DNA of 63,453 nucleotides, counting the filler, from Octopus bimaculoides (lineage: Eukaryota), in the NCBI RefSeq assembly GCF_001194135.2. It is 6 parts of 6 records of this genome, joined end to end, with 100 filler letters (N's around TTAATTAATTAA, not from the genome) between each part and the next. Parts side by side here need not be neighbours in the genome. Positions count along the whole stretch, not along the records: positions 8,685 to 33,821 come from NC_068991.1; 5 more parts are not named here. The stretch is one strand, 5' to 3'. Within the stretch, counting starts at the first letter, position 1, and each line of letters begins with the position of its first letter. Below the pieces are notes generated by a model. That model searched no databases and had not been told where the DNA came from. It saw nothing but the letters and a program-made list of their open reading frames with translations. A program made the position numbers and the translations under genes. Shown one piece after another: positions 14,099 to 25,569 of the stretch.

Positions 14099-14494
14099 TG
14101 TTATATGTTCAATGTCCGGAGTTTTATCCACGCATGCGCAGGGACTAGTTCCGGAAGGAATACAGGAAGAGTCTCATGCGCATGCGTAGAGTTCGACACC
14201 CAGCTTTGGCGCCTTTTCTCAGTCTCTTCGTTGACTGATTTCCGTCGAGCCAAGACGTCCAACAGAGCTCTCTCACATGTCAGCACCAGAGCTTCACAAA
14301 TAACCACGGAAATCATTCAGAAGGCGTCTCAGTAACCGAGGGCGACGAGCTACCGAATTCCCTCCAAGCGTGAACTGAATTCCACTGTAAATAAATATTG
14401 TTATGTTGTTCAGAAACTGCGTTCCGTTGTTTCTTCTAGAAATTTAATGTACGGAAGCGGTGTACACCTAATGGTGTATAACCACTTTCCTACA
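14099..14494 (+). mobile_element. GC-richer repeat with LTR-like layout (TG...CA, AATAAA at about 14391)
   Basis: Termini and polyA signal are visible; no TSD or terminal inverted repeat. Confidence 0.3.
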
Positions 14495-14595
14495 GTCTTA
14501 TGTAGACGGGGAAAGGCTTGAATATCCAAGGTAAATAATCAGTTGTAAAAATAATGATAAATTAAAAGAAAATCGTTTTAAAAACTATAATACAT

Positions 14596-14984
14596 GTTGT
14601 TGTTGTTGGCACTCCATCGCTTACGACAGCGAGGGTTCCAGTTGATCCGATAAACGGAACAGCTTGCTCGTGAAATTAACATGCAAGTGGCTGAGCACTC
14701 CACAGACACGTGTACCCTTAACGTAGTTCTCGGGGATATTCAGCGTTACACAGTGTGACAAGGCAGACCCTTTGAATTACAGGCACAACAGAAACAGGAA
14801 GTAAGAGTGAGAGAAAGTTGTGGTGAAAGAGTACAGCAGGGTTCGACACCATCACCTGCCGGAGCCTCGTGGAGCTTTAGGTGTTTTCGCTCAATAAACA
14901 CTCACAACGCCCGGTCTGGGAATCGAAACTGTGATCCTATGACCGCGAGTTCGCTGCCCCTAACCACTGGGCCATTGCGCCTCC
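14596..14984 (-). mobile_element. Full-length tRNA-derived SINE (GGAGGCGCAATGGCCCAGTGGTTAGG head, (CAA)n tail)
   Basis: A box TGGCCCAGTGG, B box GTTTCGATTCCC. TSD-like ATAATACAT (14587-95) and ATAGTACAT (14985-93). Other copies at 21312-21690, 48035-48305 and 58005-58320. Confidence 0.9.
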
Positions 14985-16365
14985 ATAGTACATATACATT
15001 TAGCAATACATACACATACCAAACAATCTATGACATACATATACACACTAAACATACAGGCGTAGGTACATGACTACATGCATATACAGACATATATAGG
15101 CAAAACATAAATATATACAAATGCGCACACACGCATGCGCATAAAACCTCCTGGTATATGCTTATACAACGTAGTTGTTACGAAAGAAAAGGAAAAAATT
15201 CAGAGGATAAGCTGGGGAAGAAAGAAAAAGGGAAAAGAAGAAAACGAAAATTAGAGATAGAAAGGGAAAAGAGAGGTAGAGAGAGTGAAATGATCAGTAT
15301 GAAGTTAGCTACTTCATTCAGCTTGCGAAATGCACACATATAACAACGGATACATAAAATGACATGCATAAATACATAAAGACAAACACACATACAAATA
15401 CACAAACATATAGACACGAATATAAATAAATAAACTTCAGCGAAACTTGAGCTTAAATTTGTAAAACAGGCGAAGGCTTTCTTAAAAGTGAAGTCGAAAT
15501 ATGCACTAGCATTGTAATACAAAATAACTATAGGAAGAAGCCCTTCGTATATATGTATATATATACAGGGTGGGGCATAAATACTGTTACAAAAGTTCAA
15601 AACTANNNNNNNNNNNNNNNNNNNNNNNNNNNNNNNNNNNNNNNNNNNNNNNNNNNNNNNNNNNNNNNNNNNNNNNNNNNNNNNNNNNNNNNNNNNNNNN
15701 NNNNNTAACATGCGTTTTCTCCATTCCTTAAATTCTTATATATATATATATATAAACAATAACTTGTGAATAAACTTGTACCAACTATTTTCAGTTCTAA
15801 CATAGATGCAATTATTACTCTGTGCAGACTTTTAAGCTAGCTCTTGTGAAGGAATAATTGGGCCTGTGGTCCAAAACTAAAGAGAGCTAGATAGCATGAC
15901 TATGTCTATGATTATATACCCTGGTAGTGTATGACTAGAGGTTAAGGATGGATGCAAATTAATTCTGTAATGCAATCATTCTATTGTTCCAGTCCAAGTT
16001 GACTTTCAACTGTGGGTCAATTTGTTTCAAATTTATCTTGAAGTAAAATTAACGAAGTGAATGTTATTTATCTCCCCTTTGATCTCTGACATCATCTGAC
16101 AAACATCAACCAAGATGGCATGAATCAACCAAGCTTCAGCTGCAAGAAATAGCAACCCAAATACTTTTAAATCAGATCCCAAGTTTGGATATTCAAAAAC
16201 CAAATGAAGGGCAGATTTTCAATGCTGGGACCATCCTGATTCCAAAAAGATATAACATGTCTATGTAGAGCAAATGGAAACTGAAACAAAGGAGTCCAAG
16301 ATGCACAGACAGAATTTCACTTTTATTATTATTATTGCACCAGCAATATCAGAGGAAAATTTACA

Positions 16366-17437
16366 GGGAAAATAGATTGTGTGTGTGGAAGATGCACAAG
16401 TACAAATAACAGCGAAAGTGTACAAAAAATGGACTTCATCAAGTGGCAGTGGGGTAAGCTAGAGATAGTAGATAACTTCCGCTATCTGGGTGACCAAGTT
16501 AGTAGTGGATGCTCTGAGAGCATAACTGTGAGAATAAGAATAGGCTGGGAAAAGTTCAGAGAGCTCTTACCTCTGCTGGAAATAAAGAACTTCTCCTTCA
16601 GAGTGAAAAGCAAATTGTATGATGCCCGAGTGTGAACAGCTATGCTACACAGCAGTGTAACATAGGCTGTGACAGCTGAGGACATGCAGAGACTTGAAAG
16701 AAATGAAGCCAGTATGCTTCACTGGATGTGCAATGTCAGTCTGCATGTACGACAAGATGTAAGCATCTTGAAAGAAAAGTTGGGCGTAAGAGGCATCAGA
16801 TGTGGTGTGCAAGAGAGATGATTGCACTGGTATGGTCATGTGATGCATATGGACGAGGACAGCTGTGTAAAGAAGAGCCAATCTCTAACTGTGGATGGAA
16901 CCTGTGGTAGAGGTAGACCCAGGAAGACATAGGAAAAGGTGGTGAAGTATGATCTTCGAACTTTGGACCTCACAGAAGCAACGACTAGTGACGGAGACCT
17001 TCGGTGATATGCTGTGCTTGAGAAGACCCATCAAGTGAAATTGTAGTCGTGGCCAATGCTGGTGTCACATAACTGGCATCCATGTTGGTAGCATGTAAAA
17101 AGCACCTTTCAAGTGTTGCACCTCATGGAGCAAGGTAGCTAATGCCAGTGGCATGTGGAAAGCACATTTCAAGTGTTGGGCCTCATGGGGTCAATGACAA
17201 ATGATGGAGACTGTTGGCATTATGCCATGCTTGAGAAGACCCATTAAGCAAAGTAAAATAGTAGTAACACAAATGGTACCCATTATACTCTCAGAGTGGT
17301 TGACATTAAGTAGGGCATCCAACTGTAGAAACCATTCCAAATCAAACTGGAGCCTGGTGCAGCCTTCCAGCTTGCTAGCACTGGTCAAACCATAAATCCT
17401 ATGCCAGGATGGACAACAAACATTAAACGATGATGAT
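16366..17437 (+). mobile_element. 5'-truncated, stop-riddled RTE LINE with 3' UTR and (GAT)n tail
   Basis: CGRC...VDNFRYLGDQVSSG...RIRIGWEKFRELLPLL...WYGHVMHMDED...GRGRPRKT. Ends ACGATGATGAT. Confidence 0.92.
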
Positions 17438-18694
17438 AAATGAAAAAGCAACCAGTACACACTGTAAATTGGTTGGACACTAGAACTTGCTGCAGCCCTA
17501 TGGCTTGTCAGATCTTGTTAAATCATCTAACTTCTGCTAGCAAGGAAAATGATGATGATATTAAATGATGATGAATTCTAAAATTATCTTGTTTCCAAAG
17601 CCCACAGTTCTCTACTAATGTAACCCACCAAGATTTTCCCCAATATCACCAAATGTAATTTTCAATGAACTTTTTAACTTGAATAGAACATCAAAAATTC
17701 CTATGATTTTTTTGTAACTGCACACTAAACATTTTTTAAAGCTTATGTTATGAAAACAAAACTAACTTATTTGTAAAGGAAGCAGACTACATGCTGGCAA
17801 TATTACAGATTCATTCAAAATGAGAGTAAGCACAGAGTTATAAGTCACAGATAAAAATATGTCACAGCTATTTAACAATTGAACATCATTTTTACTATCA
17901 AAGACTTTATAAAGAATACTTAAATCAGATGTGATAGATCCTAATTTCATTTCTGTATTTACTGATACACTTTGATATAATTCAACACAACAATTAATCT
18001 GCTAAGAATCTTGTTTTTTTACAATCACAATAAATTATTCTCAACAACTGATCTATTACAAATAATATTTGCATCTATTCAGGCAACTACACACTATACT
18101 TCTCTTGTAATCTTAGTCCCAAATATTAAAAATTTAAATGTGCAAATGCAGTGTTCAAGTTATAGCATCAGTCCTTTCAGGTAAGCAACATCCCAGTGAT
18201 CTCATCACTAACTTACTTTTGTCAATAATTAAAAGATTTAAGTAGCAACAAAATTTCCTTCCAGTCATATCCTAACATCTTAAAAGAGAAAAAATTGCAT
18301 TACATAATAGAATGGTTATAGCTTTAGCATCTTTGACCAAAAGCATGCTAAATCAGGGCTGACCTAGGTTTAAACAACAAGAGAAAAAACTGACAGAGCT
18401 TGAAGAATTGGACACACACACTTAGCAAGTGTAGGTTCTAAGAAGTTTCTCCACAAGGATAAGGCACCAATCAAAATGTAGTGCAGAACAAGTATTTATG
18501 AAAGATAATTTGAGTGACTTGAAAAATTTAACAAGACATTTTCAAAAATTGGTAAAAAATTAAACAAAGATTAAATCAGTAATAAAGTATTGCAAACTTT
18601 GACCAAAGGTAAGACAATGACGTTAATAAAAAAGAAAAGAAAAGTAAACACCCTAAGTAACAGTGAATAAAAGAAAAAATAAATAAAACTTTAC

Positions 18695-18821
18695 CATTGG
18701 TATCTCTCATCTCCTCTTCTCGATTCCTCATGTATGCAAAATCATCAACAATTGACTTGGACAAATCTTCCAGCCGCCGTAGTTCAAGTTCCAGAGGTTT
18801 TAAGTTTTCAGCTTTTGCAAG
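18695..18821 (-). CDS. TMED10: TMED10 (p24 delta) coding exon 4
   Basis: AAAG|CTT...AAT G|GTAAAG. 127 nt encoding [42 protein letters not shown], the p24-delta coiled coil. Confidence 0.97.
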
Positions 18822-19254
18822 CTTTTAAATACAGTAAATATTTCAAGATTAACAAAATTCATAAATATTACATAGAAATTGGTAACTAGACAAAGATTTC
18901 ATCAGAGCATAGGATGAGGATGGCAACCGAGCACAAAATTAAATTTAGACCTGGAATTGTTATTGTGTCCATTTTAGTGTACAGTGTATGCTTCATGTTT
19001 GTGAGCAGCATCATTCTGACAAGAAATAACTACAACATTAGCACAGCATGGAAAATTTTTTGAAATGAGTACACAAACATATATTTATAGTTTAAAATAA
19101 AGCTATTGAAATTTAAGTGATATCCACCAAGTTCTCAGCACCAAGGCACGGTGGATGATGGAAAGAACTACCTTACAGCTATTCCATAGCAACACTGTTT
19201 TGAACATGTAAAAATATACTTCAGTACATGAAATTTAAAAGAATTTCCAAGTGT

Positions 19255-19627
19255 TAGTACCCAATGACTGGCTCCCGTGCTGGTGGCATGTAAAAAGCAC
19301 CTGATGTCAGTACCCCATGACTGGTTCCCATGCTGGTGGCACGTAAAAAGCACCATCTGAATGTGGCTGATGCCAGTATCCCCTGACTGGCCCCCATAAA
19401 AAGCACTATCCGAACGTGATTAATGCCAGGCTTGCCTGCCTGGCTCCTGTGCCGGTGGCATGTAAAAAGTACCCACTACACTCTCAGAGTGGTTGGCATT
19501 AGGAAGGGCATCCAGCTGTAGAAACATTGCCAGATCAGATTAGGAGCCTGGTGCAGCCACTGGATCTCCAGACCTCAGTCAAACCGTCCAACCCATGCCA
19601 GTATGGAAAACAGACGTTAATGATGAT
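19255..19627 (+). mobile_element. RTE 3' UTR-only element with about 4 tandem GACTGGCTCC...GGTGGCATGTAAAAAGCACC subrepeats
   Basis: Shares the GGGCATCCAGCTGTAGAAAC...CCAACCCATGC tail with 10471-10923, 17035-17437 and 25007-25157. Confidence 0.8.
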
Positions 19628-20798
19628 AGTGTACATGTCTGAGGACACAGAGTTTATACCAAAACCCCTTGTCAATTATATTTATAGGACATTTAACATT
19701 GAAAATAAATTACAAAGTTTCAAAATAATTGGCCATTCAGATAAAGGTATTCAATAAAGAACCACTGATCAACTGGAGCAACTTAATAAAAAAAATTCTT
19801 CATCATCATTAACTCCTGAACATGACTTTCTTAAATCCTAGAGTTCATAAGGCTAGTTTCCCTGGCACATAAGTGACCAAGATCACAACACTTCTCCTGA
19901 ATAGGATGCCAGTCCATTGCTGGGTTAATTATTTACAGCTGAGTGAACTGGAGCAACACACGTTTTGCTTGAGAACACAAAACATCGCTCAGTCCAGCAA
20001 TCAAAACTATGACTGTGTGAGAAACGCTATGTTCTTAATGAAATGAATGAAAAGCATTAATGTGGCTAGCATGTTTAGAGCATGTCACATTCTTTTGAAA
20101 GATAATGGTTAAAAATTAACAGGCTCTGTTGCAGCTTTACTAGAGAGTTTTCAGCAACCAAGTATAATGGGAGTAAAAATACATTTCCTGTGAAGGGTAC
20201 TTTCCCTCAAATCTTGTGTTAACATATTGTGCACTGAATGATTTAACAAATTTGTAACGATGTGTCAATGTCAGAAATCAATGTTTTGGATCTAATAATC
20301 TATGGGATGTGAGCATGTATGAAATGATTGTCATGTATGCAACTAATATGCTACACAGCACCCACCATGGATATGCTTACCTACACTTAAAAGAAGAAAA
20401 AAGGGCATATAAGGAAGTGCCCCAGCATAGCCACAGTCTAATGACTGAAGCAAGTAAAAGAAAAGAAAAAAATTGCTTGAAATTTATTTCTTGTAAGAGA
20501 AATAGTGAATATTGTTAATCTTAAGAAAGTGCTTTTTCAGCAGCTTGCATAAAGGTATTTCTTAGATCACCTGTATTTTGTGGCAAAACTGAAAATTTAA
20601 CAGATCATTTTTACATTCATTTTCTGGGGTGGCATGAGTTGGACGGTTCATTATTGTTCAGGTTAGATCTTATTTGGTGTTACAGTCCTCCTACAGGAGT
20701 TAGTCATTTCAGTTTGGGTGTGGTCTCTATGGATGGATGCATTTCCCAATAATATATATATATACAAACAACTTTTATCAAAATAAACAAAACCATAC

Positions 20799-20869
20799 CT
20801 CATCATAGCTTCTAGCTTCAATGCCATGCTTCATTATCAAAGAAACTTCCCGATCAGCACCATGACCAC
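20799..20869 (-). CDS. TMED10: TMED10 coding exon 3
   Basis: TTTCAG|GT...GAG|GTATGG. 71 nt, phase 1 to 0, encoding (G)GHGADREVSLIMKHGIEARSYDE. Confidence 0.95.
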
Positions 20870-21311
20870 CTGAAACAATTTAATTACAAAAGAAAAAATA
20901 AAATGGGATTACATTTAGCCCTTTAATACTCAGACTACTCTAACTAATGTAAAGCTTATTCATTCACATTGTTCAGAATTAATCATGCATTATTTTGTAG
21001 CTTTGAGATTTAGATAATGTGATTATTTTTAGAATGACATTGTAAAGTAGGTGTGAAAGGCCAGATCTGACTAGTTTGAACATAAAATAAGTAGAATATG
21101 TGGGATGGATATGGCTAGTTTAATTGCTAAAGGATTAATCCCTTTAAGATGCACACAAATCCAGATGCAGATGTACAAACAGGTAAAAAATTGTTAATAC
21201 AGTGGAGCTGATTTCTAATATACTTTTATTACAAATATTCTAAGTGCTACTGTTGTTCTTTTGTCTCCTTGTCAGTCACAAAGTAACACTAGCTATACAT
21301 GTGTATGTGCA

Positions 21312-21690
21312 GAGGCGCAATGACCCAGTGGTTAGGGCAGCAGACTCACAGTAGTAGGATCGCGGTTTCGATTCCCAGACCAAGTGTTGTGAGTGTTTAT
21401 TGAGCAGAAACACCTAAAGCTCCACAAGACTCTAGCAGGGGGTGGTGGCAAACCCTGCTGCACTCTTTCACCACAACTTTCTCTCACTCTTTCTTCTTGT
21501 TTCTGTTGTACCTTTATTTCAAAGGGCCTGCCTTGACACACTGTGTCACGCTGAATCTCCCCAAGAACTACGTTAAAGGTACACGTGTCTGTGGAGTGCT
21601 CAGCCACTTGCACGTTAATTTCACGAACAGGCTGTTCCGTTGATTGGATCAACTGGAATCCACGTTGTCATAACGGATGGAGTGCCACGA
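21312..21690 (+). mobile_element. Full-length tRNA-derived SINE in TMED10 intron 2
   Basis: Same family as 14596-14984. ATGTGTATGT direct repeat at 21299-21308 and 21690-21699 (TSD-like). Confidence 0.9.
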
Positions 21691-21925
21691 TGTGTATGTA
21701 GCCAGTGTTGCATTGGCACAACACAATATCTGTAACGTGCTTATTGCTAAGTCAAATTTTATAATATATACCTGATGTTTCATAGAATGGAAAGCTAACT
21801 AGCAACAAAGTAAAACAAACTCAAACAAAGAGAAACATATTCATAGTTATTTCTGAGAGTATATTTCATGATGTAATGCTTAACAAAAAGAAATATTAAA
21901 AATACACACGTTTCTAAGTACTTAC

Positions 21926-22046
21926 CGCCTATCATTTTATTATCAAAGCAAATTTCAAATACATCATATTCTTCTGTTGTGAAAGCAAATTTTCCTTTTT
22001 TTGCATCTTGTTTAGAATATAATATATGTCCTTTTGAATCTGTAAC
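21926..22046 (-). CDS. TMED10: TMED10 coding exon 2 (GOLD domain)
   Basis: TTTAAG|GTT...GGC G|GTAAGT. 121 nt encoding [40 protein letters not shown]. Confidence 0.97.
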
Positions 22047-22313
22047 CTTAAAAATATAAATATGAATCATATTATATTTTCAAACAATACTAATTAAACT
22101 GGAAAAATATAAGAGCTGGTTATCATACATGTACAATTATGATGCAGATAAAACATGCAGTTCATGCCAAGATGGCAATATATTTGGATAATGACAAAGT
22201 ATTTCAGCCATTATCTAAGCATTTTACATTTATGTTTTTGTCTCCTTTGTCAAAGCTGTCTATTGTGATTATAGCTTTGTTTAGAATAAGAAAGAGCAAC
22301 AACTTATAAAATA

Positions 22314-23045
22314 CAGCCTAAGTACCCAGCATTACGCGGAAGTTTAAAGAATGTTAAAGGAAATAAATATAATTATTCTGATAAGAAAATACATTTTCAG
22401 AAAAATTCTATCAGATGACGTGAGTATAAACAGTCATTAAAAACAAATCCTGAAATCAATCAGAATTTAATTTTGTAGAACTTTTAAATATGCAATGTTT
22501 TCAGTGTGTCCATTAATTGGGGTACAAATAAAAAGAGTTTTGGGACTTTCAATTCGTGAATATCCTAAATACAATTGTCCATGAGAGAAGCATGGAGAAG
22601 CAAGGTTAAGTCTAACAACCTTGAGATTTGTTTATCGACATAGCAAAACTTAGTTTCACTGGGAACTAGAGCCATTTAATTTGAAAAGGGAGATCAGATG
22701 GGATTAACGGGATCCATAGAATGAAGACATCCTCACCCTTATATTTCCCACTGATTATTGCTGCTTCTAGGACATGAGGTTGCATCACTTTCACCACCAG
22801 TCTGGTGCCATTGCACAGTCAATTTGAAAGACTGTTCTTGTCCTAGCAACAACTGCAAGAGATCCCAGTTGATTTTGTTGACATAATGTGGAGTTAAGAT
22901 GGCTCGCTCACATAGCCATTGACTGTCGCTAGAGTTTTGTGCAATGTTTGGAAATACATGCATTTTGAGATCATTGACAGTTGGTACCATCTCACCACAG
23001 GGTAGCTTGTATTGCTGTTGCGATTCTCCATATAAATGATAGCAA
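22314..23045 (-). mobile_element. Helitron 3' remnant (PIF1-like helicase C-terminus)
   Basis: VFPNIAQNSSDSQWLCERAIL, LCNGTRLVVK...GEDVFILWIPLIPSDLPF...FAMSINKSQG and FSHGQLY..SR, with stops and an internal deletion. Degenerate 3' hairpin near 22320-22340. Confidence 0.88.
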
Positions 23046-23169
23046 AGTGTGTATCAAATGAAATTAAAATCCTGGTTCAGAGACAGATCAATGAAGTTAG
23101 TAAAGTTTTAATGCTTTTGGTAACAACATATTCTATCTTGTAATCAAATATTGAAAAAGATAACATGCC

Positions 23170-24452
23170 ACCCTCTCTTGTGCAACAGAAATGAAGTTAG
23201 CTTGGCTCGTGTAGGGTGCAGGAAAAATTGAAAATGGAAAAGAAGACAGTAATATTCAGAACATTTTCACATAAAAACAAAATTATTGAAAAAGCACCGT
23301 AAGAAATATAAATTTTGGAAAGACATATAGGAGACAGTATAGTGTTCTTTGCAAGAAGAAAGAGATATGCGTCTATAGTGGTAACCTTTGTATAAGAAGA
23401 GGAGGCAGAAAAAGCCTCCAGCAGGATGATACAGGGAGAGAAATGGACATTAATGTCAAACTGTTTAGGTAAACGAATTGTAAGAATTAGGGTGGGAAGA
23501 ATCCCACTGTGGATAGATCCAGAGTGGATAATAGTGGCGATTTTTTTATTTGGAGATAAGGAGGGAAAACGAAGAGGTGAGGATGGGCATGGTAAGCCGA
23601 AACCAACAAGTGAAGTGGTGGGGCTATGGATTTGAGATAATTTATGCAGAGAGACAGAAATATTACAACAAAATACCTGAAACTTTAGAGCTACCAAATG
23701 AAGAAAAGCTGGAGATAATGTTAGAGGGAAGGTCCCCAAAGTGTTACAAATGTGGTGAAAGAGGGCACTTGAGAAAGAAATGCCCTAGAGCAGCAGTGGA
23801 AATCGTAGAGAAGAGTATTCAGGAGAATATAGTGGTGGAGAAACAGCAGAAACAGATACAAGAACAAGACCGTGATTTTGCGGAGGTAAAATCAAGAAAA
23901 AGAGAGAGGAGGAAGTCACTAACGATAATGGAACAGAAGAAACACAAAGCAATGGAAGAGGTAATCCAAACTATGATGAGAAGATTTACCAGTAAGATCA
24001 CCAGTAAAGGACTTACAAGTACATAAACATTCAGACCCACAAGCACACAGACAGACATACAAAAGAACAGAAATATAGACAAACAGATACAAGATAACTC
24101 AGAATCCCAGAAACCTAAAAATATAGACACACAGATGAAATACGCAGAATTTCAGTCAAACAAACACAGACACAACCACAGGAAAGTCAAGAATTAGAGA
24201 AATACTGAGACAGAAAACACAAACAGAAGTAAGGTTTATAGTGAAATATAGGACACCCAAAAGTTAAAAGAATTTCAAAATTGAAAGACATTATGAAAGA
24301 GTGAATCCACTAGGGCTGGAGGTGGATGTTGAACCTCGTGCTTTGGTGGTGGATTATGTGGATGAAAAGGAGAAGATGAAGTGGTAAGTCGTGATTTCTT
24401 TTAAAGACTGAGAAAAACATTTGGTTAAACTTTTTGTTTAAAAAAAAAAAAA
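23170..24452 (+). mobile_element. L1/Tx1-like ORF1 (gag-like, CCHC zinc knuckle) remnant
   Basis: EGRSPKCYKCGERGHLRKKC (CX2CX4HX4C). The upstream frame GKRIVRIRVGRIPLWIDPEWI resembles ORF1. Frameshifted; A-run at about 24440-24452. Confidence 0.7.
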
Positions 24453-25006
24453 ATGGAAAAATAAGTAAATCCCGTAACTATTGAATGAACATTCATTAAA
24501 ACATTTCTTTAAAATGTAAGGTGGAAAGGAAAAAGGAAGTCGCGATTTTGCCTCAGAGCAGGGCTGGAAATTANNNNNNNNNNNNNNNNNNNNNNNNNNN
24601 NNNNNNNNNNNNNNNNNNNNNNNNNNNNNNNNNNNNNNNNNNNNNNNNNNNNNNNNNNNNNNNNNNNNNNNNNNNNNNNNNNNNNNNNNNNNNNNNNNNN
24701 NNNNNNNNNNNNNNNNNNNNNNNNNNNNNNNNNNNNNNNNNNNNNNNNNNNNNNNNNNNNNNNNNNNNNNNNNNNNNNNNNNNNNNNNNNNNCACATGAT
24801 AAACCCTTGTCAGTGCAACTCTTACCACCTATTTCATCAATTTTTTAGTCATTGATGCTCAAGACACTTCCTAATTTAAGTTAGAAAGCAAAAGAATAAA
24901 AGAAATTAAAAAAAAAAGGGGGGGGGGAACAATTATTGCATCCATGCTGCATGGACTTTCAAAGCAGCTTGGTAGTTCCAACAAAACTCTCAAAAGTGGC
25001 AACTAA

Positions 25007-25157
25007 TCATCATCATCATTGTTTAACGTCCGCTTTCCATGCTAGCATGGGTTGGACGATTTGACTGAGGACTGGTGAAACCGGATGGCAACACCAGGCT
25101 CCAATCTAAATTTGGCAGAGTTTCTACAGCTGGATGCCCTTCCTAACGCCAACCACT
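25007..25157 (-). mobile_element. Short RTE 3' tail fragment
   Basis: Near-identical to 10490-10635; (GAT)n tail. Confidence 0.85.
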
Positions 25158-25569
25158 CTCTGAAAAATTTCATTAACGTTGTTATTCTTTAAACTAAAAA
25201 TATGACAATCTTTAATATAGTTAAGGATAGAATCATCTGGTTTTAATCATTATGGTAGATATTTTGCTATGTTTCTATATGTAAGACATTTCAGAATATC
25301 TGCAACCAAGTGGCAGCCAAGCCAAGAGATTCAACTAAAGATGTAATGCCATGACAAAGTCAACTATAATAATAATCAAAAATAGGAAAAGTATTTCACA
25401 AATTAAGTGAAATTGGGAAAGTGAAAGTCTACAAAAATCACAAGGAAAGATAGCATTAACTGGACTGGCAACAACAAAAAATATCTCTGGAAAGTATTTA
25501 ATCCATTATGACCAGGTAAGAATAAGTGGAAATAACAAGGAAGGAAAATGAACATAAATGAATAAAGTC

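Noticed and set aside
14900-14984. tRNA genes at SINE heads (also 4600-4670, 21312-21390, 48230-48305)
   Set aside because: A/B boxes run into SINE bodies; no complete cloverleaf or T-run terminator.
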